Part shown: positions 55,793-63,829 of the stretch, piece after piece | Layout: each line of letters opens with the position of its first letter | Position numbering within the stretch: the first letter of the stretch is position 1 | Assembly: GCA_017561935.1 (NCBI GenBank) | Contig: JAFZBE010000043.1 | Location: forward strand, 1,982 to 65,981 | Reading direction: 5' to 3' | DNA: 64,000 bases | Source: Bacteroidales bacterium | GTDB taxonomy: Bacteria > Bacteroidota > Bacteroidia > Bacteroidales > UBA3663 | The notes under the pieces: generated by a model | Database searches by the model: none | Told to the model about the DNA's origin: nothing | The model's input: the letters and a program-made list of their open reading frames with translations, nothing else | Translations under genes and position numbers: made by a program

Positions 55793-58351
55793 TCATTGAA
55801 GTCGGCTCTTTTCCTCGTTTCCTGCACCCGTACCTCTATACTTCGATCGCGTGACGTTGAAATTGTACGATAGGGTGATGCCCACTTTTTGCGTGTATTG
55901 ATAGACATCCTGCACCGTTTTACCGATGTCATAGTAGGTGGTCGCCTTGGTCCTGACGGTGCGGAAGATATCGTTGGCGTAGAGCGTGCACGACAAACGT
56001 TCCTGCCAAAAACTCTTCTGCAGACGGGCATTCACCATGAAGTTGCTGCCGCGATACATCATCCCCCAGTGATTGCTGCCCGAATAGCCGATGTCAATCA
56101 AGACCTTGGCCGTTGCACCCATGATGAACCAGCTTTGCAGACCAGCTGAGAACTCGGGCTTGTTCAGCTTCTTCGGTGCACCGTAGGCTTCAGCATCAAA
56201 CATCTGCTGATAATAGTGCAATGTGGCAGTGGGTTGCCAGAACCCGAACTTGGGCGATGCCACGAGGGTAGCATAGACACGGTCCTGATGATCGAAATTC
56301 ACCGTCTGGAAGATGCCTATCTCCTTCTCCTCGTCATACACCTTGACGATGTGGGTGAAGAAGTCCTTTTCGCGTGTGAAGCCTGTTACAAAGTTCAGCC
56401 ACGAATAGGTCAGGTTGAAGTCGATGCTCTGACGTACCGAAGGACGCAGCAGCGGGTTGCCTCCCTCATAAAACATTCGGCTGTCATAGACAATCACGGA
56501 GCTCAACAGGCCGTACGGCGGACGGGTGATGCGCTTGCTATAGCTCAGCTGTGCGCCCCATTTGTCCTTATGCCACAAGGCCGAGAGGTTCGGGAACCAG
56601 TCGTTGTAGGTGCGACTGGGCTCCGCCTGCCATTCGCCGAACGAACTGTAGTCGGCAGCCACGTGCTCATAGCGCAGTCCTGCATTCAGGTACCACTGCC
56701 CCAACTGCATCTCATATCCGGCAAAGCCAGCAATGTTCTTTTCCTTCATCTCGTTGTCGGCCTCAGGGATGATGTTCTCCTTGTTGAAATTGTTGCCGTG
56801 GCTCTGTGTCGATGTAGCCTCCGAACCCACACTCAACACGCCCTTCCAGATGGGATAAGTCAGCACCAGCTTGCCTGCCGCCATCGTATTTTTCTCCTGA
56901 TTAACAGTGGTGATGGTGCGATTACCCAGTTCTGCACTATACTCTGTCTGGTCGAGGTTATTTTCCGATTCGCGTCGCAGCAAAGTAGCATTCAGGTCTA
57001 TGCCCAGTTTTCCCGCCTTTCCGACATAATAGGTGTTCAGTTCCCACACGGGTTTGTCGAGTTCCTCGATATCCGTCAACAGGTTGACGTCGCCATAGAA
57101 TGCGCCGTTTTTCAGATAGTGTTGCGTCATATCGGTCTTGAAGTGGTTCGAAAGATTCTTTTTCGACGAAAAACTCAATCCGATGGAATGGTCAGCATTG
57201 AAATCGTAGCTCAAGCCTGCCTTATACTGCAGCTCCGTCCAGGCACTCCTCACGGGAATAAAGGCATTGACATCGAACACATCCTTTTTGATGTGCAGCT
57301 CTTGATCGACATCCTCGTCATTGCTGTAGTGGCCGTAGTCGAATGCCACGTTGGCAAAGGCTTCCAACCCACCCGTACGGTACTTCAATGTCAAGTCGTC
57401 GTAGTTGCTCCATTTGTTGTTGCGCGAAGTCTCGCTATATGCCTGCACGCTGAAGCCGTCGCCCTGTGTCTTGAGCGTCTTGATGCGAATCACGGCATTC
57501 ACCTCCGCATTGTATTGCGCACCGGGTGCGGTGATGACATCGACGTTCTTGATGTCGATCGACTTGAGCTGTTTCAGCTCTTTGGTGTCGTTCACCTTCT
57601 TGTTGTTGATGTAGATCTCCGGCTCGCCTTTCGCCAGAACGGTGAATTCGCCATCGCGTCCCTGCACTAATGGAAGCATCGAAAGCAGGTCATCGGCCGT
57701 CCCCACGTCATGCAAGATGGAGTGTTCCACCTCCACTGTCACGCCGCCCGTCGTCATCTTGTATTGCGGCATCGTGCCCTTCACCGACACATTGCCAATC
57801 GTGTGGGGTTCTGGTTGCAGGCGTATGGTGCCCATATCCTCCTCTGTGCAAGGCTTCCACACCGTCTTGTAACCTATGTATGTGATGCGGACGATGACAT
57901 CCTTCTGGTCAATAGGGATGACGAAGATACCGCTCTCGTTCGAAACGCCGCCGTTGAGCAAAGTGGAATCCTGTGGATTGAGCACGGCGATGTTGGCCAA
58001 AGCTAAGGGCTCGTTGTTCTCGTCGGTGATGATGCCCGTGAGATGCCGATTGGATTTCTGCACACATTCCACATAGATCTCTCGATCCTCCCGGTTTACG
58101 GTCATTCGGATGGGATAGAATCCAATCATCTGACGGATGGCTTCGGGCAAGGTCTTGCCCTCGATACTGGTTGTGACGCGAAAGTCCTCCAGATCATTAT
58201 ACAGGAAGTTGATCGTATAGTTCGACTGCTCGTCATTCAGTTGACGCAAAGCCTGGTCGAGGGGCACATTATTAAATTCGCGCGTAATGCGCTGGGCCTG
58301 GATTGTGAAACAAACAACGAAACAGGCCATCATGCAAAATAGTCGTCTCAT
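55793..58351 (-). CDS. TonB-dependent-type outer membrane beta-barrel receptor with an N-terminal signalling (STN-like) and CarbopepD_reg-like domain
   Basis: Signal peptide. N-terminal FNNVPLDQALRQL... domain like the one paired with FecR-type anti-sigmas. GIITDENNEPLALANIAV carboxypeptidase-regulatory fold. Beta-rich C-terminus. Confidence 0.8.
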   Translation of the reverse strand: MRRLFCMMACFVVCFTIQAQRITREFNNVPLDQALRQLNDEQSNYTINFLYNDLEDFRVTTSIEGKTLPEAIRQMIGFYPIRMTVNREDREIYVECVQKSNRHLTGIITDENNEPLALANIAVLNPQDSTLLNGGVSNESGIFVIPIDQKDVIVRITYIGYKTVWKPCTEEDMGTIRLQPEPHTIGNVSVKGTMPQYKMTTGGVTVEVEHSILHDVGTADDLLSMLPLVQGRDGEFTVLAKGEPEIYINNKKVNDTKELKQLKSIDIKNVDVITAPGAQYNAEVNAVIRIKTLKTQGDGFSVQAYSETSRNNKWSNYDDLTLKYRTGGLEAFANVAFDYGHYSNDEDVDQELHIKKDVFDVNAFIPVRSAWTELQYKAGLSYDFNADHSIGLSFSSKKNLSNHFKTDMTQHYLKNGAFYGDVNLLTDIEELDKPVWELNTYYVGKAGKLGIDLNATLLRRESENNLDQTEYSAELGNRTITTVNQEKNTMAAGKLVLTYPIWKGVLSVGSEATSTQSHGNNFNKENIIPEADNEMKEKNIAGFAGYEMQLGQWYLNAGLRYEHVAADYSSFGEWQAEPSRTYNDWFPNLSALWHKDKWGAQLSYSKRITRPPYGLLSSVIVYDSRMFYEGGNPLLRPSVRQSIDFNLTYSWLNFVTGFTREKDFFTHIVKVYDEEKEIGIFQTVNFDHQDRVYATLVASPKFGFWQPTATLHYYQQMFDAEAYGAPKKLNKPEFSAGLQSWFIMGATAKVLIDIGYSGSNHWGMMYRGSNFMVNARLQKSFWQERLSCTLYANDIFRTVRTKATTYYDIGKTVQDVYQYTQKVGITLSYNFNVTRSKYRGTGAGNEEKSRLQ

Positions 58352-58354
58352 AGT

Positions 58355-59002
58355 TTATTTCACGATTAGCTGGTTATCCTTCAGTTCCACAGTAATGCTC
58401 TCAAAAAGGTTGAGCCGACGCAAGGTGGCATCCAGCGACTCATGCTGTTTCCATACGAAATAGAAACGAAGCTGACGAACTTCGCCATTCTCGAACACCA
58501 CTTCCTTGCCATAATAGGCGGCAATCTGCTGAAGCATCTTCTCCAATGGAATGTTGTCGAACACGACCAGTTCATCGTCTGCATCGGCTTCCAATCCGTC
58601 AGATTCTACCGACGCAGGTGTCGTGGTAGTGGCCTCCGATTGCTCGATCACCGTCTCATCAATCTTGCCACCGATCATCCTCACTACATGAATGGCCGCG
58701 AAGGTCACACCAGCCATCAGGAGGATTCCGACGATGCTGGCAGCCACCTTGAAGAACCATCCCCGCTGGGGACGATCCATTTCGGCAGCATGTTCTCCTA
58801 CAAACTTCTTCCATTCCTCATCGACGGCGACATCTTCCTCGTCCACCTCGCGTTTCACGAAAGCGCGCTTCGTCAGCGCCAGCTGCTCCATAAGCTCAGC
58901 CAACTCCGGGTCTTCGGCGAGCATTTTCTCCAGCTGCTCGTCGGTGTATTGTTCCGGATGCTCCTGCATTGATAGCAGAAGATTCAATTTGTCCTGTTTC
59001 AT
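58355..59002 (-). CDS. FecR-like anti-sigma factor (single TM)
   Basis: Position between the ECF sigma and the receptor. TM segment VAASIVGILLMAGVTFAAI. C-terminal FecR-C/DUF4974-like segment. Confidence 0.7.
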   Translation of the reverse strand: MKQDKLNLLLSMQEHPEQYTDEQLEKMLAEDPELAELMEQLALTKRAFVKREVDEEDVAVDEEWKKFVGEHAAEMDRPQRGWFFKVAASIVGILLMAGVTFAAIHVVRMIGGKIDETVIEQSEATTTTPASVESDGLEADADDELVVFDNIPLEKMLQQIAAYYGKEVVFENGEVRQLRFYFVWKQHESLDATLRRLNLFESITVELKDNQLIVK

Positions 59003-59007
59003 AATGG

Positions 59008-59508
59008 TTATCGTTTTACTTGTTCTTTACTGAAATACTCCTTGATGCGTTGCAGCGACTGGGAAAGATGATTATACACCGTGACCTTGCTCACGCCCAC
59101 TTCTTGCGCCACCTCCTCGTAGGTCATCTCCCGAAGGAAACGCAGACGCAGAATCTGCTGGCTCAGTGGCGGCAATTCTCGTTCGATGTACAGCATCAGC
59201 CGATCCAATCGCTCATCCTCGTTGCGGGCGGCGATGCGATGTTGCTTCAACTCTTGCGAAAACAGTTTCTCCACCTGTTCGCGCACCGACTTGTGGTTGA
59301 GGACATCCAGACAACGGTTGCGAACAGCCATCATCAGGTAGCCTTCCATCTTGTCGGCTTGCACAACAACATCGCCTCGAAGCAAGCGCACAAACACATC
59401 GCTTACCACGTCTTTGCTTTCGTCAGCATCATATAGTATCGTCCTGGCCAGACGATACATAGCAGCATAATGCCGACGGAATAGGGTCTCTACTTCTTTT
59501 TGTGTCAT
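59008..59508 (-). CDS. ECF-type RNA polymerase sigma-70 family factor
   Basis: Region 2 (DVVSDVFVRLL) and region 4 HTH (MTYEEVAQEVGVSKVTVYNHL). 166 aa. Confidence 0.88.
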   Translation of the reverse strand: MTQKEVETLFRRHYAAMYRLARTILYDADESKDVVSDVFVRLLRGDVVVQADKMEGYLMMAVRNRCLDVLNHKSVREQVEKLFSQELKQHRIAARNEDERLDRLMLYIERELPPLSQQILRLRFLREMTYEEVAQEVGVSKVTVYNHLSQSLQRIKEYFSKEQVKR

Positions 59509-59646
59509 ATCAAGACTTTTTTACTTCAAAGACGGTTCAGCGAACCGAAAAACTAAGCAGAACGATAACTTTTTTTGATAGTATAGTATTTTTTTTGAAT
59601 CCCCTTGCCAACTCTCTGTCATGGAAAAAATTCTTTACGCTGCTCC

Positions 59647-59810
59647 ACAAGTTACCAAATAGAGCAATCTCACAACGAACTTGCATTACTTGGTTCAAAG
59701 TAGTGCAATCTCGCGACGAGCGTGCATCACTTGGTACAAAGTAGTGCAATCCCACGACGAGCATGTGCCACTTGGTACAAAGTAGTGCAATCCCATATCG
59801 ACGCAGTATT
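59647..59810. repeat. four degenerate 41-bp head-to-tail tandem repeats
   Basis: Units start at 59647, 59688, 59729 and 59770. Core is CTTGGTACAAAGTAGTGCAATCCCACGACGAGC. Units 2-4 are nearly identical over their first ~25 nt. Confidence 0.9.
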
Positions 59811-60018
59811 TCAATTATCTTATCCTTTTATGAATATATAGACTCCCAATGTTGGTATAATGACCAACAGAAAAAGCGCAATCTCCACGAATGCATACGA
59901 CCCGAAATAGTCAACCAATTTCTGGAATTTCAGTACTCCATCAACCTTTATAACTGGTTGATCATTCTTATCTCCTCTTACTTGTTCATCGTTGATATTA
60001 TTGGGTTAAGTTTGCTCG

Positions 60019-60073
60019 TGCAGAAATATAGCACTTTTTCCAAACAACTCCAATTATTCATAAAAAAACGCAA
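60019..60073. repeat. ~55-bp direct repeat, left copy, abutting the ATPase stop codon
   Basis: GCAGAAATATAGCACTTTTTCCAAACAACTCCAATTATTCATAAAAAAACGCA, compared with the copy at 61368-61423. Confidence 0.8.
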
Positions 60074-61327
60074 TTATTTCCACAAATCGATTTTCCCTAA
60101 AAGGAAATCGTAAAGACCGACCACCAATATGCCGGCGTCGTTATATGCAGTGGAGAACCGATCTCCTGCAATGATTATTTTTCGAAAACCATCAGCGACA
60201 TGAAGTAACGAATCCTGCTCCTGATCGACCTTTTCTTTTGATGGCAGGGCGTATGCCGATTGGATATAGAGACGTTCATCATGACGATTTACAACAAAGT
60301 CTATTTCCAGATTCCTCCGCTGAATTACGTTATTATGATCGCGTCGATAACTTTCGACCAGCCCGACATCGACAGAGAATCCATTTTGACATAGTTCGTT
60401 GTAAATCACGTTCTCCATGGCGTGAGTGGCTTCTATTTGCCGGAAATCGAGAATAGCATTTCTTATGCCCATATCTTCGAAATAATACTTGGTCTCAGAC
60501 CCAATGTATTTCCTCCCCTTAATGTCGTAACGTAAAGCCTCACCGATGATGAAGGCATCCTGAAGACATTCAATATATTTAGCTATAGTTGCTGGCGTGA
60601 TATCAAGACCTGCTGCCGACTTGAAAGTATTTGATATACGTCGAGCATTGGTACTTGCGCCGATACCAGAGGCAAGGATTCGTACCAATTCCCTCAAACC
60701 TTCTGCATTCTTCAAATGATTACGCTCCAGAACATCTTTCAAATAAACAGTTTCGAATATTTCCCTTAGATAGTTCTGTTTGTCATCTGCCCTTTCAAAC
60801 TGTGCGACAGCTGGTAACCCGCCATACCTGTAATACATGTCAAGGGCTTCTGCCTTTTCTCTGCCTACGGCATCATAGTATTCAGAGAAACTCAATGGGT
60901 GAATTCTTATTTCCCATCCTCGTCCTCGGAATTCAGTAATCACATCTTTAGACAGGAACTTCGCATTTGATCCAGTGACATATACTTCGGCATTAGATAT
61001 ACCAAGGTAAGAGTTCAAAACGTCTTCAAACTCTTTGACCAATTGAATCTCATCGATCAGGATATAATACTTGCCAGCATCTTTCATCAAACCATCTATA
61101 TGCCGAAGAAGTGCATCTGGGTCGCGTAGTTTCTTATTCCTACGATCTTCGAGATTCACTTTTATGATGTGATCCTCGTTGATACCTCGTGTCAATAGTT
61201 CCTTGTGAAAAAGATTGAACAAAAGGAATGATTTGCCACAACGACGAATTCCGGTAATGACTTTAATCATGCCATTGCCATCTGCTCTATGAAGTTGCTC
61301 GAGGTAAGATTTACGTCCAAATACCAT
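60074..61327 (-). CDS. AAA+ ATPase of the AAA_14/DUF4143 (COG1373) type
   Basis: Walker A GIRRCGKS. Walker B ILIDEIQ. C-terminal DUF4143-like region. 417 aa. Confidence 0.85.
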   Translation of the reverse strand: MVFGRKSYLEQLHRADGNGMIKVITGIRRCGKSFLLFNLFHKELLTRGINEDHIIKVNLEDRRNKKLRDPDALLRHIDGLMKDAGKYYILIDEIQLVKEFEDVLNSYLGISNAEVYVTGSNAKFLSKDVITEFRGRGWEIRIHPLSFSEYYDAVGREKAEALDMYYRYGGLPAVAQFERADDKQNYLREIFETVYLKDVLERNHLKNAEGLRELVRILASGIGASTNARRISNTFKSAAGLDITPATIAKYIECLQDAFIIGEALRYDIKGRKYIGSETKYYFEDMGIRNAILDFRQIEATHAMENVIYNELCQNGFSVDVGLVESYRRDHNNVIQRRNLEIDFVVNRHDERLYIQSAYALPSKEKVDQEQDSLLHVADGFRKIIIAGDRFSTAYNDAGILVVGLYDFLLGKIDLWK

Positions 61328-61367
61328 ATTTTACTTAATTTTTCTGTGTCATGACACAAATTTTTGC

Positions 61368-61423
61368 TGCAAATATAACACTTTTTCTAAACAACTCCAA
61401 TTATTCCCCCATAAAAAATGCAG
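61368..61423. repeat. ~55-bp direct repeat, right copy, containing the ATPase promoter
   Basis: GCAAATATAACACTTTTTCTAAACAACTCCAATTATTCCCCCATAAAAAATGCA. The reverse complement gives TAtaTTTG (61370-61377). A perfect 14-bp palindrome TGTGTCATGACACA (61345-61358) lies between the box and the ATG. Confidence 0.8.
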
Positions 61424-61456
61424 CTATATGCGCATTTTTCTCATTTCCTGCTTCTT

Positions 61457-61699
61457 TCACCCCAAAAACGGAAGAAAAAAGTGCAAGAGCTGGGAATCCA
61501 AATCTTTCAGTTTAATTGAACACCGGCTACAGAAAAAGGAAAGTCGCTTTGATCGGGACATCAATGTCCTTACCAAATCGAGCCTAAATTCCTTCAGCTT
61601 CTCTTCTTTGCAAATGAAATATCCATTCTTGTCTTTGATGGGACAACCCTGAAGATAGAGTTCGGTATCAAGGTCGGCAAATAGAGAAAGGTCTTTCAC
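61457..61699 (-). pseudogene. possible gene remnant (no ATG; GTG start only)
   Basis: Open frame ..VKDLSLFADLDTELYLQGCPIKDKNGYFICKEEKLKEF.. bounded upstream by an in-frame TAA. Overlapped by an equally weak plus-strand ORF (61428-61652). Confidence 0.25.
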
Positions 61700-61779
61700 C
61701 TCGATAGAGAAGGAAAGATTATCTTCCTTGATTGGCGGTTATTAAATATATACAAGAACCACGGAATGTGATGCTCGTT

Positions 61780-62019
61780 TTATTTGTAGTTGTTATAGAA
61801 ATCTTCTGACACCTCTTTGCCTTGATACCACGCCATCATTGCGAATTTTGGATCTATATCGCTCAAAGGAATCTCTTTACCCCCGCTTAACTTGCGATAG
61901 ATAATATCCCTTGGGTCGCCATAGCCATCAACAACGCACTTTAAGACTACGAAATTGTCATAATCCCAATACTTGAAGGCAGTCCTTCTCATGTTCTTTC
62001 TAATGGTCTTCTGTTTCAT
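61780..62019 (-). CDS. small hypothetical protein (79 aa)
   Basis: Start moved to MKQKTIRKN because the track's upstream ATG (62061) lies inside a terminator hairpin. No recognised motif. Confidence 0.45.
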   Translation of the reverse strand: MKQKTIRKNMRRTAFKYWDYDNFVVLKCVVDGYGDPRDIIYRKLSGGKEIPLSDIDPKFAMMAWYQGKEVSEDFYNNYK

Positions 62020-62045
62020 ATCAATCTTTTGTTTTATATAATGAT

Positions 62046-62074
62046 GGAAAAACCCCGCCATAAGAATGACGGGG
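62046..62074 (-). terminator. rho-independent terminator
   Basis: Minus strand reads CCCCGTCA-TTCTTA-TGGCGGGG followed by TTTTTCC. Confidence 0.6.
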
Positions 62075-62224
62075 CCGCAAGGATTTGCTTACCCGAAATT
62101 ACGGAGCTACTCTGTCCTTGCGCGGATTGGCTCAGGAGTTGAACCTTGGCAATATGCTGCCCTTTCGGGAAGCCCCGCTACCGATGCGACCATCAATCCG
62201 TTGTAACCTATATTTTTGATTGTC
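62075..62224 (-). ncRNA. candidate structured RNA (~150 nt) between the ASCH-like gene and the terminator
   Basis: Perfect 8-bp helix 62076-62083 / 62115-62122. Perfect 7-bp helix 62123-62129 / 62194-62200. Hairpin 62156-62173, which has a GAAA loop on the minus strand. No ORF. Ends at a terminator. Confidence 0.35.
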
Positions 62225-62722
62225 TTAGCGATTCAGCTTTGCTGCGATGACCTTGCCAAGATGATAAGTGATCTCCTCGCGGAAATATGCCTCGTAGTTC
62301 TCAATGACGTTATTGTTCTCGTCGAGGGCTTCGAGAGTGTCCTCGTCATAGTAATGCGGGAAGACTTCCTTGCGGGTGTACTTGTCGATGAAGTAGAAAA
62401 TAGGTTCATTGTTGTCATCGATGTATAATGCCGTTTCGGCACTCTCTACTCCAACCAACGCTGCTTGGCGATTGGACTGGTACCCCGCATAGAGAAGCAG
62501 CGCATCGTATTGGATGGGCACGGTGTTGCCGTTCTCGTCTTCGATAGGATAACCGTCTTGGTCGAACAGGATGTACTTGCGCTCGGTACTCGGTTTGATT
62601 TCACGAGACTCCTGCTTCTTGGTGCCTGCCATGATATCGTCGAAATACTGATTCTTGATGATAAGGGTTAGGACTTTCTTACCAGATGACACATAGGCTT
62701 CGACTTGTTCTTTGAAGTTCAT
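62225..62722 (-). CDS. ASCH/PUA-like domain protein
   Basis: N-terminal LTLIIKNQYFDDIMAGTKKQESREIK resembles the ASCH beta1-alpha1-beta2 signature (..F..I..G.K..E.R). -7 box (rc of caaagata) at 62751-62758. Confidence 0.45.
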   Translation of the reverse strand: MNFKEQVEAYVSSGKKVLTLIIKNQYFDDIMAGTKKQESREIKPSTERKYILFDQDGYPIEDENGNTVPIQYDALLLYAGYQSNRQAALVGVESAETALYIDDNNEPIFYFIDKYTRKEVFPHYYDEDTLEALDENNNVIENYEAYFREEITYHLGKVIAAKLNR

Positions 62723-62827
62723 AGTTGATGAGTTTTTTATGTTTTACGCTGCAAAGATAGCCTTACATTGTGAAAAAATGATTCCCACAACTAAAAAATA
62801 AGAAAAAAAAATAAAAATATACAGGGT

Positions 62828-62844
62828 GGGAAACAATATTTCCC
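62828..62844. promoter_or_regulatory. palindromic operator candidate GGGAAA-N5-TTTCCC between divergent promoters
   Basis: Lies 11 nt upstream of the plus-strand -7 box TAtcTTTG (62855-62862), i.e. over the expected -33 region of the WYL gene promoter. Confidence 0.4.
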
Positions 62845-62893
62845 GCTATTTCTTTATCTTTGCAACATCAAAAGAAAAAAAACTATTAGAGCA

Positions 62894-63829
62894 ATGAGAG
62901 AGACAAAAGAAAACCACAGGCTGCGAGCACTGCTGTGGATAGTTAGACTGTTAGAGACACATGGAGCGTTAACACTGAAGGAGATCAACGAATACTGGTG
63001 TGCAGACGAGGACCTGAGCGATGGCATGCCCATCGAACGGCGTACGTTCTACAACTACAAGAATGCTATCGCCGACCTGCTGAAGATCGTGATTGAGTGT
63101 GATCAGCGCGACGAGAACCGCTACAAGATTGTGGCGCGTGACGATGACGAACTCAGCAAGTGGCTGGTGAAGTCGTTCACCGTGAATGAAATCCTTTCGA
63201 ACAACGCGGACATGCGCAGCCGCATTCTGTTGGAGGACATTCCAGCAGGACAAGAGTACCTGCTGGAAATCCTCGGTGCCATGCGCACGGGCTTCAAGAT
63301 CAGTTTCGAGTACAAGCGGTTCACAGATTGTCAGGCCCAGAAGGTGAAGGGCGCTCCTTTTTGCGTGAAGCTGTATCATCAGCGCTGGTATGTGCTGGTG
63401 AAGGAGTGGCGCACGCTGCTTGTGAGTCATGATCTGAAGGAGGAGATGCACGTCTATTCGCTCGACCGCATCCTGTCGATGAATGTTACTGACGAGAGGT
63501 TTGAGAAGGACGAGAGTTTCGATGCCCGGGAATATTTCAGATATGCCTTCGGCACTCGTGTGGAACGCAACAATCCGCCACAACGTGTAAGGCTGAAGGT
63601 GGTCGATTGCCAGCGCGACTACCTTCGCACCTTGCCGCTCCACGCTTCGCAGCGTGAGGTGGAGACGCATGAGGATTACAGCATCTTCGAGTTATACGTG
63701 GCTCTAACCATCGAGTTGACGATGCAGATCCTGTATTATGGAGCAAGAGTGGAGGTGCTGGAGCCTCAGGAGCTACGCGAAGAAGTTGAGGAAGAGGCCT
63801 ATCGGCTGAACTTGGTGTATTTGAGATGA
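62894..63829 (+). CDS. HTH-WYL-WCX transcriptional regulator (BrxR/CapW/PafBC-like architecture)
   Basis: N-terminal wHTH (LLWIVRLLETHGALTLKEINEYW). Central WYL-like segment (ISFEYKRF...FCVKLYHQRWYVLV..VYSLDRI). C-terminal extension. 311 aa. Confidence 0.75.
   Translation: MRETKENHRLRALLWIVRLLETHGALTLKEINEYWCADEDLSDGMPIERRTFYNYKNAIADLLKIVIECDQRDENRYKIVARDDDELSKWLVKSFTVNEILSNNADMRSRILLEDIPAGQEYLLEILGAMRTGFKISFEYKRFTDCQAQKVKGAPFCVKLYHQRWYVLVKEWRTLLVSHDLKEEMHVYSLDRILSMNVTDERFEKDESFDAREYFRYAFGTRVERNNPPQRVRLKVVDCQRDYLRTLPLHASQREVETHEDYSIFELYVALTIELTMQILYYGARVEVLEPQELREEVEEEAYRLNLVYLR

Noticed and set aside
59729-59769. The repeat core ...GCAATCCCACGACGAGCA looked like a tRNA T-arm plus acceptor 3' end, which would suggest stacked integrase att scars at a tRNA gene.
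   Set aside because: I could not build the complementary T-stem (GTGGG) or a 5' acceptor strand (GCTCGTC) anywhere nearby on either strand, and there is no intact tRNA. The resemblance is limited to about 12 nt.
59647-59810. Could the 41-bp repeats be a CRISPR array?
   Set aside because: The units abut each other with no unique spacers. They decay gradually rather than being identical. No cas genes are in the window.
61428-61699. Two mutually overlapping ORFs (61428-61652 +, 74 aa; 61457-61699 -, 80 aa) considered as a toxin-antitoxin-like pair.
   Set aside because: The minus ORF has no ATG and is bounded by an in-frame stop. The plus ORF is Lys/Ser/Phe-rich low complexity. Neither has a recognisable promoter or motif. 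The minus ORF is reported only as a low-confidence remnant.
62128-62148. The minus-strand GGTTCAACTCC inside the ncRNA candidate looked like a tRNA or tmRNA T-loop.
   Set aside because: The flanking bases give at most a 3-bp T-stem. No acceptor, D or anticodon arms can be drawn.
63799-63829. 31-nt convergent overlap between the WYL gene 3' end and the partial right-edge ORF.
   Set aside because: The right-edge ORF is incomplete and unassigned, and its true stop and reality are uncertain. Short convergent overlaps are also not rare. The overlap is noted in the features only.
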